From assembly GCA_049610385.1 (NCBI GenBank), contig JBMYZL010000010.1, forward strand, positions 16,874 through 80,873: a stretch of DNA of 64,000 bases. The letters run 5' to 3'. The notes beneath the pieces were generated by a model. That model was not told where the DNA came from. It was given only the letters and a program-made list of their open reading frames with translations, and made no database searches. The position numbers were made by a program, and so were the translations under genes. Shown one piece after another: positions 8,940 to 18,620 of this stretch. Every line of letters begins with the position of its first letter. Within the stretch, counting starts at the first letter, position 1. This stretch comes from Flavobacteriales bacterium (GTDB taxonomy: Bacteria > Bacteroidota > Bacteroidia > Flavobacteriales_D > Sanyastnellaceae).

Positions 8940-10001
8940 TTAGAATTCCAGGGTGAAAGAGAACCAAGGCACGGGAAAGCCGAATCCATCGCCGATTATG
9001 CCGGCCAAACCGTAATCCCAGAGCCACCCGGTGTTCTTGTTGTAGCTTCTGACGCCCAATGAAATGCCACCACCAGAACTTCTCCACGGCGACGACGTTG
9101 TTGAAATGGGATAGCTGGAATAGTAGGGGGGGCTCAAAATGGAGACTTCATCCCTACGCAAGGATGGCACCACCAAATGATTCTCCGTGATGAGCCAGCG
9201 GTTGGGCGTTAGAGGAAGCATGGCGCTGAGGCTTATCAAGAGCGGGTTTTGCCATACGTCATGTCGTCTTGTAGCCCTGTATTGACGCTGCCAGTATCCG
9301 GGTGGACTCCATGTGGACGCGATGAACGTGGAATCCAATTCGATGTTTGAATAGTAATATCCATCGTCGAATTTGTTCACCAACCCCAAGTTGAGAGTCA
9401 GGTGCTTGTCTTCGTCTCCAAAGGTCACATTCGCAAACCCGAGTACCAGAGGACGATCCAAGATTCCATAGTAGTCCACTGAGGCCAAGCCTCCGATGGA
9501 CATGTGGATGTTTTCACCCACTTGTCCGCCATACTTGGCCGTTACACCGGCGCCCATCACAGAGACCATAAAACCACCTGTGAAACGATTAGAAAATCCG
9601 TAACTGATTGAATTTAAGGCAACATTGGACTGGAAATATCCTTCGCCTTCGGCCAGTTGAAAGCCAGAAGGAGCGAAAAAGTATCGACTGGGTTGATTGC
9701 TCGCATTGATGAATCCTTGACTCAATTCCTTTTCATTGAGTTGGACATCGAGCAATTCTTGAATGAGGTATTTCGGAATGGAAGTGTCGCCCAAACCTGA
9801 AATGTCGATCACAACTTCTTGTTCATTGATGGCGATGAGTCGTCCTATTTTCAAAGTCCCATCATTCAAAGTAATCTGCACAAATTGTGGTTGACTTGAA
9901 TCAGACACATCGGATTGCGCCTCGGTGGTTCCTGTGGTTCCCAAAACAAGGACAATCCAAATCAAAACCAAATTCCAATGGGAGGAAAAGGGTACTTTCA
10001 T
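8940..10001 (-). CDS. Outer-membrane beta-barrel-like hypothetical protein (paralogue of 29727-30632)
   Basis: The ORF track extends to 10247, but the ATG at 10001 gives a normal signal peptide (MKVPFSSHWNLVLIWIVLVLGTTGTTEAQ). It shares SRYFFAPSGFQLAEGEGYFQSN and FANVTFG with the 29727-30632 product. Alternating hydrophobic, Gly/aromatic-rich strands end in an aromatic residue (FSFTLEF). Confidence 0.6.
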   Translation of the reverse strand: MKVPFSSHWNLVLIWIVLVLGTTGTTEAQSDVSDSSQPQFVQITLNDGTLKIGRLIAINEQEVVIDISGLGDTSIPKYLIQELLDVQLNEKELSQGFINASNQPSRYFFAPSGFQLAEGEGYFQSNVALNSISYGFSNRFTGGFMVSVMGAGVTAKYGGQVGENIHMSIGGLASVDYYGILDRPLVLGFANVTFGDEDKHLTLNLGLVNKFDDGYYYSNIELDSTFIASTWSPPGYWQRQYRATRRHDVWQNPLLISLSAMLPLTPNRWLITENHLVVPSLRRDEVSILSPPYYSSYPISTTSSPWRSSGGGISLGVRSYNKNTGWLWDYGLAGIIGDGFGFPVPWFSFTLEF

Positions 10002-10100
10002 GGCCAAAAATTTTGGCTTCAAGTTAAAATAAAACTGATGGTTACAGCCTTGAAGCAATCCATGAACTTGTCGAATTTCCCTTTGAAATTTTGACATAAT

Positions 10101-13100
10101 TTGACCTCCATGTCCAAGTACCCTCTGATTGCAACTTTCTTGTGGTGGACGGCAGTCCCCTTTCTCTTCTTGTTTTCCATCCAGGACACCCGGGCCCAGC
10201 GTTCTTCTGCGGCCATGAATGTTTCCGTTTTTGAAGATGCTTTGCAATTCCGTTGCATCGGTCCTTTTCGCGGAGGGCGTTCTGCAGCTGTGACGGGGGT
10301 GCCCGGTGATCCCATGACATTTTACATGGGGGCGACAGGCGGTGGGGTTTGGAAAACGGCCGATGGCGGAAACACTTGGGAAAACATATCGGATGGATTT
10401 TTCGGAGGTTCGATTGGAGCGATTGCGGTCAGTGCTTCAAACCCAAACGTGCTTTATGTCGGAGGGGGAGAGGTCACTGTGCGGGGCAATGTTTCACCTG
10501 GAACAGGCATGTACAAGTCGGTTGATGCTGGACGGAGCTGGGAAGCCATTGGACTGACCTCATCCCGTCACATTCCCCGAGTTCGCATTCATCCAGAGAA
10601 TCCGAATATCGTATATGCGGCAGTACTCGGTGATTTGTTTGCCGATTCGGAAGAACGTGGGGTTTATAAGTCTGTAGATGGAGGCAAAAATTGGAATCGT
10701 GTGCTTTTTGCCAACTCCCGCGCAGGGGCTGTGGATCTCATCCTGGACCCTGTGAATCCCGAGGTGGTGTATGCCAGCACCTGGAATGTGCGCCGCACGC
10801 CTTATGATTTCTCCTCAGGTGGTGAAGGGTCGGATTTGTGGAAGTCCACGGATGGCGGGCGAACATGGAGTTCTTTGTTGGAAAACAAGGGACTGCCGGA
10901 AGGTCCTTACGGCATCATCGGGGTAACAGTATCGCCGGTCAATCCGGATCGGATTTGGGCCATCATTGAAAATGATCAAGGCGGAGTGTTTCGTTCGGAT
11001 GATGGGGGCCAAACTTGGATTCAAACCAACCAAGATCGAAGCCTCCGACAGCGCGCATGGTATTACTCACGCATTTATGCCGACACAGAAGATGTCAATC
11101 GCGTCTACGTCATGAATGTGGCGTACCATGTTTCGAATGATGGCGGTCGCACCTTCGAAGCGCGCTATGCGCCGCATGGAGACCACCATGATTTGTGGGT
11201 GGCACCCGAAGACGCAAATCGACTGGTTATTGCCGATGATGGTGGGGCACAAGTCAGTTATGACGGGGGACAGAATTGGTCCACATACATGAACCAGCCC
11301 ACTGCCCAGTTCTACCGGGTCACAACAGATGACCACTTCCCTTACCGCATCTATGGCGCGCAACAGGATAACTCAACCGTTCGGGTGGATAGCCGTTCAA
11401 GGAGAGGCCGCATCACCGACGAAAATTGGGAGTCTACAGCAGGCGGCGAGAGTGCGCATTTGGCACCGGATCCCAAGAACAACGACATTGTTTATGGGGG
11501 CAGTTATGGAGGGTTTTTGACCCGATACAACCACAAGTTGGACATGAACCGCGCGATCAATGTATGGCCAGACAATCCGATGGGTTATGGTGCCGAAGGA
11601 ATGAAATATCGATTCCAATGGAACTTTCCTGTGTTCTTTTCTCCACATGATTCGGAAGTGCTTTACACGGCATCTCAATTTTTGCATGCCTCGCGAAATG
11701 GAGGCGAAAGCTGGGACATCATTTCACCAGATTTGACCCGTTCCGAACCGGAGAAGTTGATTTCATCGGGCGGCCCCATTACGAAAGACAACACAGGCGT
11801 TGAATACTATGCCACGATTTTTGCTGCAGTGGAGTCGCCGTTGGAACGCGGGGTACTGTGGTGTGGTTCAGATGATGGGTGGATCCACGTCACCAAAGAT
11901 GGCGGGGAGCGGTGGCAAAATGTCACCCCAAAAAACTTCCCCGATCGCGCATTGGTGAACAGCATTGAAGTCGATCCGCATCGCCCAGGGGGATTGTATG
12001 TGGCCGCTACACGCTACAAAATGGGGGACTACCGGCCTTATTTGTTTCACACATCAGATTACGGGGAGACTTGGAGGTCATTGACTGAGGGCATACCAGA
12101 GGGGCACTTCACTCGGGTGATTCGGGCGGATCGACGGGTACCCGGGTTGTTGTACACGGGAACTGAATTTGGTCTTTATGTCAGTTTGGATGATGGGGAG
12201 CATTGGCAACCTTTCCAAAACAACATGCCGCAAGTGCCCATCACAGATTTGGCGCTCAAAGACAATGATTTGATCGTCGCCACCCAAGGCCGAAGTTTTT
12301 GGGTCTTGGATGATCTCGATGTCCTCTGGCAAGGACTCGAAGAGCAGTGGAATGGACAGGCACCTTGGTTGTTTCAGCCACATCCCACAGTTGGGTTTGG
12401 TGGCGGATCTGGCCAAACTTCATTGATTGCTGGGACCAACCACCCTGCAGGTGTGCGGATTCACTACTGCATTCCCGAGGGTGTAGAGATGGGCGAGTTG
12501 GTTTTCAAGGATGCTGAAGGTCGACTGATTCGGCGGTTTTCGACGGAAGCTGAAGAGGAAGATGATCGGATTGAGTTCGAGGTTGGGTTGGGGCACTTTC
12601 ATTGGGACCTGCGGCACGAGAGAGCCGATGAATTCGAGGGTTTGTTGATGTGGTGGGGGACCTTGTCGGGACCCGTCAGTCCACCTGGGAATTACACGGC
12701 TGATTTGATTTTGGATGGGGACACGTTGACCACATCTTTTGACATCTTGCCAGATCCGAGAGCGGAAGGGGATGTCCAAGATCGACAAGCCCAATTTGAA
12801 TTTCTGCTGGAGATTCGGAACAAAGTAGATGAAACCCATGACTGCATTCGTCAGATGCGCGGGGTTCGTGAACAGATGACAACACTCCAATCTCGCCTGG
12901 ATACAGCTGAGCACAGCACACTGAATGCCTTTGTGGACACTTTGAACGCCCAGTTGACAACCGTCGAAGAAACGCTCTATCAAACGCGGCTCAAAAGCAA
13001 CCAGGACATGCTCAATTACCCCATAAAACTCAACAACAAATTGGCGCACTTGGGCTCTTTGGCGAGCATGGGAATCTACCGACCCACGGCACAAATGATT

Positions 13101-13232
13101 GCGGTGAAAAATGAAATCACAGCGGCCATAGATGAACAATTGGGTCGCTGGAATGGCATTCTTGAAGCGCAAATCCCGCAACTCAATGCCATGATTCGTG
13201 AACAGGCCATCGATTTCATTCAGCCTGAATAA
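10101..13232 (+). CDS. BNR/Asp-box repeat double beta-propeller protein (sortilin/VPS10-type 'glycosyl hydrolase' family)
   Basis: Signal peptide. At least 11 Asp-box motifs S/T-x-D-x-G-x-T/S-W (KTADGGNTW, KSVDAGRSW, KSVDGGKNW, KSTDGGRTW, RSDDGGQTW, VSYDGGQNW, VTKDGGERW, TSDYGETW, ...). About 1,040 aa is typical of this family. The start may be the ATG at 10110 rather than the TTG at 10101. Confidence 0.8.
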   Translation: MTSMSKYPLIATFLWWTAVPFLFLFSIQDTRAQRSSAAMNVSVFEDALQFRCIGPFRGGRSAAVTGVPGDPMTFYMGATGGGVWKTADGGNTWENISDGFFGGSIGAIAVSASNPNVLYVGGGEVTVRGNVSPGTGMYKSVDAGRSWEAIGLTSSRHIPRVRIHPENPNIVYAAVLGDLFADSEERGVYKSVDGGKNWNRVLFANSRAGAVDLILDPVNPEVVYASTWNVRRTPYDFSSGGEGSDLWKSTDGGRTWSSLLENKGLPEGPYGIIGVTVSPVNPDRIWAIIENDQGGVFRSDDGGQTWIQTNQDRSLRQRAWYYSRIYADTEDVNRVYVMNVAYHVSNDGGRTFEARYAPHGDHHDLWVAPEDANRLVIADDGGAQVSYDGGQNWSTYMNQPTAQFYRVTTDDHFPYRIYGAQQDNSTVRVDSRSRRGRITDENWESTAGGESAHLAPDPKNNDIVYGGSYGGFLTRYNHKLDMNRAINVWPDNPMGYGAEGMKYRFQWNFPVFFSPHDSEVLYTASQFLHASRNGGESWDIISPDLTRSEPEKLISSGGPITKDNTGVEYYATIFAAVESPLERGVLWCGSDDGWIHVTKDGGERWQNVTPKNFPDRALVNSIEVDPHRPGGLYVAATRYKMGDYRPYLFHTSDYGETWRSLTEGIPEGHFTRVIRADRRVPGLLYTGTEFGLYVSLDDGEHWQPFQNNMPQVPITDLALKDNDLIVATQGRSFWVLDDLDVLWQGLEEQWNGQAPWLFQPHPTVGFGGGSGQTSLIAGTNHPAGVRIHYCIPEGVEMGELVFKDAEGRLIRRFSTEAEEEDDRIEFEVGLGHFHWDLRHERADEFEGLLMWWGTLSGPVSPPGNYTADLILDGDTLTTSFDILPDPRAEGDVQDRQAQFEFLLEIRNKVDETHDCIRQMRGVREQMTTLQSRLDTAEHSTLNAFVDTLNAQLTTVEETLYQTRLKSNQDMLNYPIKLNNKLAHLGSLASMGIYRPTAQMIAVKNEITAAIDEQLGRWNGILEAQIPQLNAMIREQAIDFIQPE

Positions 13233-13241
13233 CATCTTTGC

Positions 13242-13487
13242 ATGAAAACACTTTGGAATCAGGATTCTGTTCGCCGCCGTTGGTTTTTGCACGGAGCCTT
13301 GGCCTACACTTGCATCGGAGCGGGACTCTCCATGATGATGGATGCTTCTGCCCTTCGAACAGACTCACCTGAAGACTGGACTTGGTTTTGGGAGGGCACC
13401 CTTGGTTTGGTGGTCCTCATGACAGGCTTGTCGTTTTTCGGAAATGCCATTCGCCTGTGGATACGCATGGACCGGTCCTGTGGATAG
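13242..13487 (+). CDS. Small two-TM membrane protein (hypothetical)
   Basis: An ATG lies 10 nt after the upstream stop. There are two hydrophobic segments (FLHGALAYTCIGAGLSMMM and GTLGLVVLMTGLSFF). I recognise no homology, and it fits exactly into the gap before the convergent gene. Confidence 0.4.
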   Translation: MKTLWNQDSVRRRWFLHGALAYTCIGAGLSMMMDASALRTDSPEDWTWFWEGTLGLVVLMTGLSFFGNAIRLWIRMDRSCG

Positions 13488-13490
13488 GAT

Positions 13491-14681
13491 TCAATCTTGC
13501 AGCTGTCCTGCAATGTATCCCGTGGTCCAAGCGGCTTGGAAATTGAAACCACCGGTGACCCCATCGATGTCCAAAACCTCTCCTGCAAAATGCACCCCAG
13601 GTGCTTTTTGGCTTTGCATGGTGTCGAAGTTCACCTCTGTGCAATCCACCCCACCACAGGTGACAAACTCTTCTTTGAACGTCGTTTTTCCGCGCACCTT
13701 ATGGACATCATTTGTGAGCAATTGGAGGAGCTTGTTTCGTTGTTTTTTTCCCAGTTCGTGCCACAGACGATCCAGTGGAATGCCTGACCGGACAAGCAAA
13801 TGACGCCAAAATGCCTTGGGCAAACCTGGAAATGGACACGCATTGCTGATTTTCCGTTTGTGGATTTCAGGTAAAGCTGCTTCAATTTCTTTTTGAATCA
13901 ATCCTTCATGGCGTCCATCCAACCAGTTGATGTGCACGTGGAAATGGTATTGACATTGGGCCAGTTCACGTGCCGCCCAAGCGGACAATTTGAGAATGGC
14001 CGGTCCACTCAATCCCCAGTGAGTGATTAAAATGGGGCCGCTTTGAACCCATTGGGTCCCTTGAATTCGCGCCGTGGCCTGAGGAATCACCACCCCCATT
14101 AATTGGGTGATGTCATTGCCCGGCATGTTGAAAGTGAACAAAGAGGGAACCGGTGAAATGATGCGGTGTCCGAGGGGCTGAAGCCAATCAAAGCCGGCTG
14201 GTTTCGGATGTCCACCAGTGGCGACAATTACCCGATCGAAGTGAAGTCCATTGACCACCAAATCGGGCAATAGCTGGTCGATGACTGTCTTTCGCTGAAT
14301 GACAATACCCGCTTGTTTGGTGGCTTGCATCAGGCAATCCACAATGGTTTGTGATGAATCTGTTGTCGGGAACATACGACCATCGGATTCGGTTTTCAGA
14401 GCAACTCCCCGTTGCGCGAACCAATTGATGCAGTCGTGGACTTGGAATCTTCGAAAAGCCCTTTTGAGCCACTTTCCGCCTCTGGGGTAATGGTTGGCCA
14501 ATTGGCTTGCAGAATCACAAGCATGAGTGACGTTGCAGCGGCCTCCACCGGAAATTTTGACTTTGGCCAAGAGTTTGTCCGTCTTTTCAAAAATCACAAC
14601 TTGCGCTGTGGGGTGGTGTTCGGCAACGGAAAGGGCCGCAAAAAAACCCGCTGCCCCACCCCCGATAACGGCCACTTTCAT
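13491..14681 (-). CDS. BaiN/HI0933-family NAD(P)/FAD-dependent oxidoreductase
   Basis: The N-terminal MKVAVIGGGAAGFFAA Rossmann motif followed by KVKISGGGRCNVTHAC is diagnostic of the HI0933/YhiN/BaiN family. The ATG overlaps the upstream stop by 1 nt (TGATG). Confidence 0.85.
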   Translation of the reverse strand: MKVAVIGGGAAGFFAALSVAEHHPTAQVVIFEKTDKLLAKVKISGGGRCNVTHACDSASQLANHYPRGGKWLKRAFRRFQVHDCINWFAQRGVALKTESDGRMFPTTDSSQTIVDCLMQATKQAGIVIQRKTVIDQLLPDLVVNGLHFDRVIVATGGHPKPAGFDWLQPLGHRIISPVPSLFTFNMPGNDITQLMGVVIPQATARIQGTQWVQSGPILITHWGLSGPAILKLSAWAARELAQCQYHFHVHINWLDGRHEGLIQKEIEAALPEIHKRKISNACPFPGLPKAFWRHLLVRSGIPLDRLWHELGKKQRNKLLQLLTNDVHKVRGKTTFKEEFVTCGGVDCTEVNFDTMQSQKAPGVHFAGEVLDIDGVTGGFNFQAAWTTGYIAGQLQD

Positions 14682-17086
14682 CAGGGTGATGTTTTTGGGA
14701 GTATGCTTGCTTTCCCGATGCCATTTGCTTCAATATCTGCGCGGTTCATTCGCTGCTTGCGAAATTTTCCAGTGTGATACAAAGGCGCTTGGTTGTCATA
14801 GAAAGGACTCAAAACATTGCCGGATTGTCCTGTGGGAAGGACGCTCTCGGCGTCTTCAATGTCAGCAAAATCGATGCCGATGCGCATGGAAGGACCAGAA
14901 AAGACCTCGAAGTTCAATTCTTGCTTGAGCTTGAATTCATATTTGTTCAGGGCATCTTTCGCGGCAGGCAAACGGAAGGGACCCACCCCGAGCCATGACC
15001 CCAAAATGGGGACGTCTTTCATCGCATGGTGGTGGGTGACCGTGTGAAGGCGTTCATAGGTCCATTCGGTGGTATCTGGTCCCAATTTCTCTTGCAAATC
15101 CACTAGCGCTTGTTCCAAGGCTGACGCTAAAATTTCACGCGCGGTTTCAACACCTTCAGTCTCCACATCATCCCACCACAAGGATTCGAGATTTTCCAGC
15201 AAACGAGGGAACGTGTTTTCAGAAACGATGGTTCGGTGGAAGGTTTCAAATTTCTCAGCTGCGTCAGTCTGATCGCGAGCGTGAGTGGCGATTTCGTCGG
15301 CCATAGCCCCTTCGATGGCTCGGTACATCCAACGGTAGTAAACTGTGGGTAAAACTTCACCCAATTCATGGCTTCCGGTCCACCCGCGCAATCGATTGGC
15401 CATTGTGGCGGCCTCCTCTGAAAGGGAGGCTCCCGAAATCGCCGAAAGCATCTTGGACGTATTCAGGGCATAGACCAAGGAATGGCCATCCAGTTGCAGC
15501 TGTTGAGCGTCTTCAACGGTCCAATCAGCCTTTGTTGTGGAAAGGGCATTGAGGATACCGGCGGCGCGGGTGTTACCAGAATAATAATGGCCGGGAATGT
15601 GCATGCCCAAAACTGAATCGGGCGCGTTGTTGGCAGAGTAGACAAAACCTGAAGCAGGGTTGACCTGACGGGGGTTCATGAAAAACGGATGCCAGCCCTG
15701 GGGATCGTTTGCGGATTGGGTCCCATCAATGGCGGTTTTGGTATCGACATGTTCAGGCCGAATGGGCAGTTTGGCACTGGCCCACCAAGCGATGTTTCCA
15801 GATTGGTCACCATACATCAAATTCAACCCTGGGGCATGGACCAAGGCCGCAGATTCTTCAAAGGCCTCAATCCCTCCCTTTCTTGAAAAACCGTAAAAGG
15901 CTTCATGAAGTCGATTCTCTGGATATTGGGTGAAAGTCCACCACATGGAGATGTCCTCTTCAATCAATGGCCCATGCGGGGTGCTGAGAATTTCGAATGC
16001 CAAAGGCTTCTGATCGGCGATGTAGATGGTGTCAACTTCTGAATACAAATCATGCCATTCTCCATCTTGCAGGTATTGCCCATTGCGGATGGTCTCTCGG
16101 TACAAATCGATGTCGTCATTCACAAACATGGTGATGCCCCAGGCATGATTTCGTGTGTGACCAATGGCAGGAAAAGGAAGCCCTGCGAGGTGGTTCCCGT
16201 AATACTCCAATCCCGGTGCAACAACATGCGCCTCATACCAGACAGAAGGTTGGGCGTAAGCCATGTGGGCATCATTGCAGAAAATGACTTGACCTGAGGC
16301 GGTCTTTTCTCCGCTGATCACCCAAGCATTGGAGCCCATCCACTGGGGAATCGGGCGTTGGGCATCCAATCGCAGTGTGCGTTTAGCCAAACCGGAGATG
16401 TCATGCTTGAAATTCAATGAATCGGGCGCATTTTTTCCGACCGGAATCCGGGTAAACCCTTCGGCACCGACAGCCAAATCGCTCCAATGTTCCGGTGTCA
16501 ATTGGGACTTCATCCAGTCCAAAATGGGTTCGGTTTTCAAATGGATGGCAAACGTGTAGGCCATGAACCCCGTGGCGCAAAAAACATCCTCCAGATTGAA
16601 GGATTCAGGCCGGGATCCCAGCAATTGATATTCAAGGGGAATCTGCCCTTCTTGGATGAAGGAATTGATCCCTTGGAGGTAAGCCCGCATCGCATTTTGA
16701 ACCTCCTGGGGTGCTTGACTGACAAACTCTCTGGCTGATCGTTTAGCGGCTTTTCGCATCCCCAAGGTGCGCAAGTATTGGTCGTTCTCGACCATGTCTT
16801 CGCCCAACAATGCCGACAGTTCACCGCCCCCAGCCCTCCGGAGCAAGTCCATTTGCCACAGGCGTTCAGATGCATGCACATGGCCCAAGGCAAACATGGC
16901 ATCGGGTTCAGATGCCGCATAGATGTGAGGCACCCCCATGTCGTCAAAGAAGATGTCTACAGGTGCATTCACAACCTCCGAGTGCAATGTGAAATGGTAA
17001 TCGGGCTTGTGGGTTTGGACCCAAAACAGTCCCCAAACCAAGGTCAACACTAGGGCGATCAGCAAAATACGGAGAATGATTTTCAT
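14681..17086 (-). CDS. Penicillin-acylase-family Ntn hydrolase (peptidase S45; possible acyl-homoserine-lactone / beta-lactam acylase)
   Basis: N-terminal membrane or signal segment. DDMGVPHIYA, ERLWQMD and the autoprocessing site GSNAWVISG (the Ser would become the beta-subunit N-terminal nucleophile). About 800 aa. Confidence 0.85.
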   Translation of the reverse strand: MKIILRILLIALVLTLVWGLFWVQTHKPDYHFTLHSEVVNAPVDIFFDDMGVPHIYAASEPDAMFALGHVHASERLWQMDLLRRAGGGELSALLGEDMVENDQYLRTLGMRKAAKRSAREFVSQAPQEVQNAMRAYLQGINSFIQEGQIPLEYQLLGSRPESFNLEDVFCATGFMAYTFAIHLKTEPILDWMKSQLTPEHWSDLAVGAEGFTRIPVGKNAPDSLNFKHDISGLAKRTLRLDAQRPIPQWMGSNAWVISGEKTASGQVIFCNDAHMAYAQPSVWYEAHVVAPGLEYYGNHLAGLPFPAIGHTRNHAWGITMFVNDDIDLYRETIRNGQYLQDGEWHDLYSEVDTIYIADQKPLAFEILSTPHGPLIEEDISMWWTFTQYPENRLHEAFYGFSRKGGIEAFEESAALVHAPGLNLMYGDQSGNIAWWASAKLPIRPEHVDTKTAIDGTQSANDPQGWHPFFMNPRQVNPASGFVYSANNAPDSVLGMHIPGHYYSGNTRAAGILNALSTTKADWTVEDAQQLQLDGHSLVYALNTSKMLSAISGASLSEEAATMANRLRGWTGSHELGEVLPTVYYRWMYRAIEGAMADEIATHARDQTDAAEKFETFHRTIVSENTFPRLLENLESLWWDDVETEGVETAREILASALEQALVDLQEKLGPDTTEWTYERLHTVTHHHAMKDVPILGSWLGVGPFRLPAAKDALNKYEFKLKQELNFEVFSGPSMRIGIDFADIEDAESVLPTGQSGNVLSPFYDNQAPLYHTGKFRKQRMNRADIEANGIGKASILPKTSP

Positions 17087-17107
17087 GCGTTATCGAATGG
17101 AGTTGAA

Positions 17108-18220
17108 TCAGGGTACAAATGGCAGGCGATGTACTTGTGATGCGCCCGAATCGTTGATGGCACGAATGAAATTGGCGCCAGACATTTCCAAAAAAGAAAG
17201 GGTCGTACCCGATGAAACACGAGGCAACATCCAGATCAGGCGCCCTTGCCAGTCCCATCCTTCCAATTGGCAGGGTTGCTGCATTTGGATTTGCCTGGGA
17301 TGGATTTCGAAAAGTGCGGGTAGACCAACGGTTTCCGCCACTTCGATGTTGTTGAAACCACCGGAGCAGTGAGCGTCAAAAAAGGACCAAATCACTTCCG
17401 TGCTCTGCACATCTTGACTGCCCCAAGCCCCAAACCAATCATGTCCTCCGCCCACGACGCGATAATGATGAAACTCTTGTCCACTGGGTGCACCATGATA
17501 GCGAATCATTTCAACGGTGGTGATGTCCAAGAATTCTTGGTTGGGCAATGTGATTTGATCGGAAGCGGTGGTCCCCATCAATTCTGTCCAAAAGTCGATG
17601 ATTTCGGGAACTCCAGCCATGCCCCAGTTGGCGTTGCCGACACCGGTGTTGTAGCCCACTACCAAATCCGCAGTCCCATGAAGATGCACAATCGGTACGG
17701 GTTCACTTGGATTGCAATGGATAAAATCATAACCACTCATGGCCCCTGTGACAGAACCTACAGCGCGAAATGTTTCTGGATGTTCACAAGCCAATGAATA
17801 ACTCATTTTACCGCCATTGGACATTCCGCAGGCATATGTACAAGACGTGCCCAGCTCGTGCTGGACTTGCAGGTGTTCTGCGAGCGCAACCAGAAACCCA
17901 TGGTCATCCGCGTCGCTGATACCCAGATTTGCATTCCAGTGGCTGATGCCAAGGTCATCCAAGGTGCCCTGCGGATAGCACACTGCAAATCCTTCCGATT
18001 CTGCGAGGGCTGACCAACCACTGTAAAATCGAATGATGTCGGCAGAACTTGTGTAGCCATGAAGGACAAACACCAATGGTGCCCCCGGCGCCAACAACTC
18101 AGGCATGTCCAAATAGTAGATTCGCTCGATGCCGTCGTAATCAAACGTTTCTTGTGCTTTTGTCGGGGACACGGCACATGACAGGACAATGAAGAAAAGA
18201 AGCACTGCAGCTTTTTTCAT
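17108..18220 (-). CDS. Secreted PHB-depolymerase/LpqC-type esterase, possibly with a divergent T9SS C-terminal domain
   Basis: Signal peptide (VLLFFIVLSCAVSPTKAQ). LVFVLHGYTSS, the nucleophile elbow CGMSNGG and HLHGTAD. The roughly 90-aa C-terminal extension after the hydrolase core is beta-rich, but its sorting-domain motifs are weak. Confidence 0.7.
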   Translation of the reverse strand: MKKAAVLLFFIVLSCAVSPTKAQETFDYDGIERIYYLDMPELLAPGAPLVFVLHGYTSSADIIRFYSGWSALAESEGFAVCYPQGTLDDLGISHWNANLGISDADDHGFLVALAEHLQVQHELGTSCTYACGMSNGGKMSYSLACEHPETFRAVGSVTGAMSGYDFIHCNPSEPVPIVHLHGTADLVVGYNTGVGNANWGMAGVPEIIDFWTELMGTTASDQITLPNQEFLDITTVEMIRYHGAPSGQEFHHYRVVGGGHDWFGAWGSQDVQSTEVIWSFFDAHCSGGFNNIEVAETVGLPALFEIHPRQIQMQQPCQLEGWDWQGRLIWMLPRVSSGTTLSFLEMSGANFIRAINDSGASQVHRLPFVP

Positions 18221-18620
18221 GAGCGCAAGTTAACCGCGAAAACAGGAGTCGGCATTTTCGAAGGATGAACGATTTTTTGTTCGGTTTCAATTGATGCATC
18301 TCAAAATCACCTGGATTTGATGGGGTTGAACCTGAAACAAAAATTGCGATGAGCCCCACCTTATTGGGTTGGCACTCTATCTTGTGTGGGTGGCCCAATG
18401 AGTGGGTCAACGCCCACTTGTGATTCCATGAGCAACTTGGACCTTTTGCGAATGGCAAGGGGAGGCAATTCTTCAGGTCAGCACTGGCATCACCCAAGAA
18501 ACCAATCGCTTCATCCAGGAGTGATGAAACAATGAAGATTGAAAAACGGTGTCAGCCTCAAATGGAACAGGTTCTTTTTTGATTTTCGGCGTCCTCTCCG
18601 AAGGCTGTATGCTGTCGGTG

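Noticed and set aside
10002-10247. 82-codon N-terminal extension of the 8940 ORF (start at 10247)
   Set aside because: The extension is basic, low-complexity junk that overlaps the start of the plus-strand BNR gene. The internal ATG at 10001 gives a canonical signal peptide matching the paralogue.
12420-13292. 290-aa minus-strand ORF
   Set aside because: It lies antisense to the 3' third of the BNR/Asp-box gene, which is continuous and motif-rich through this region.
18571-18600. TTCGG-N8-CCGAA stem and T-run just downstream of the thioredoxin-like gene, considered as its terminator
   Set aside because: The T-run is on the wrong strand for the minus-strand transcript (it would read as an A-run) and the stem is only 5 bp.
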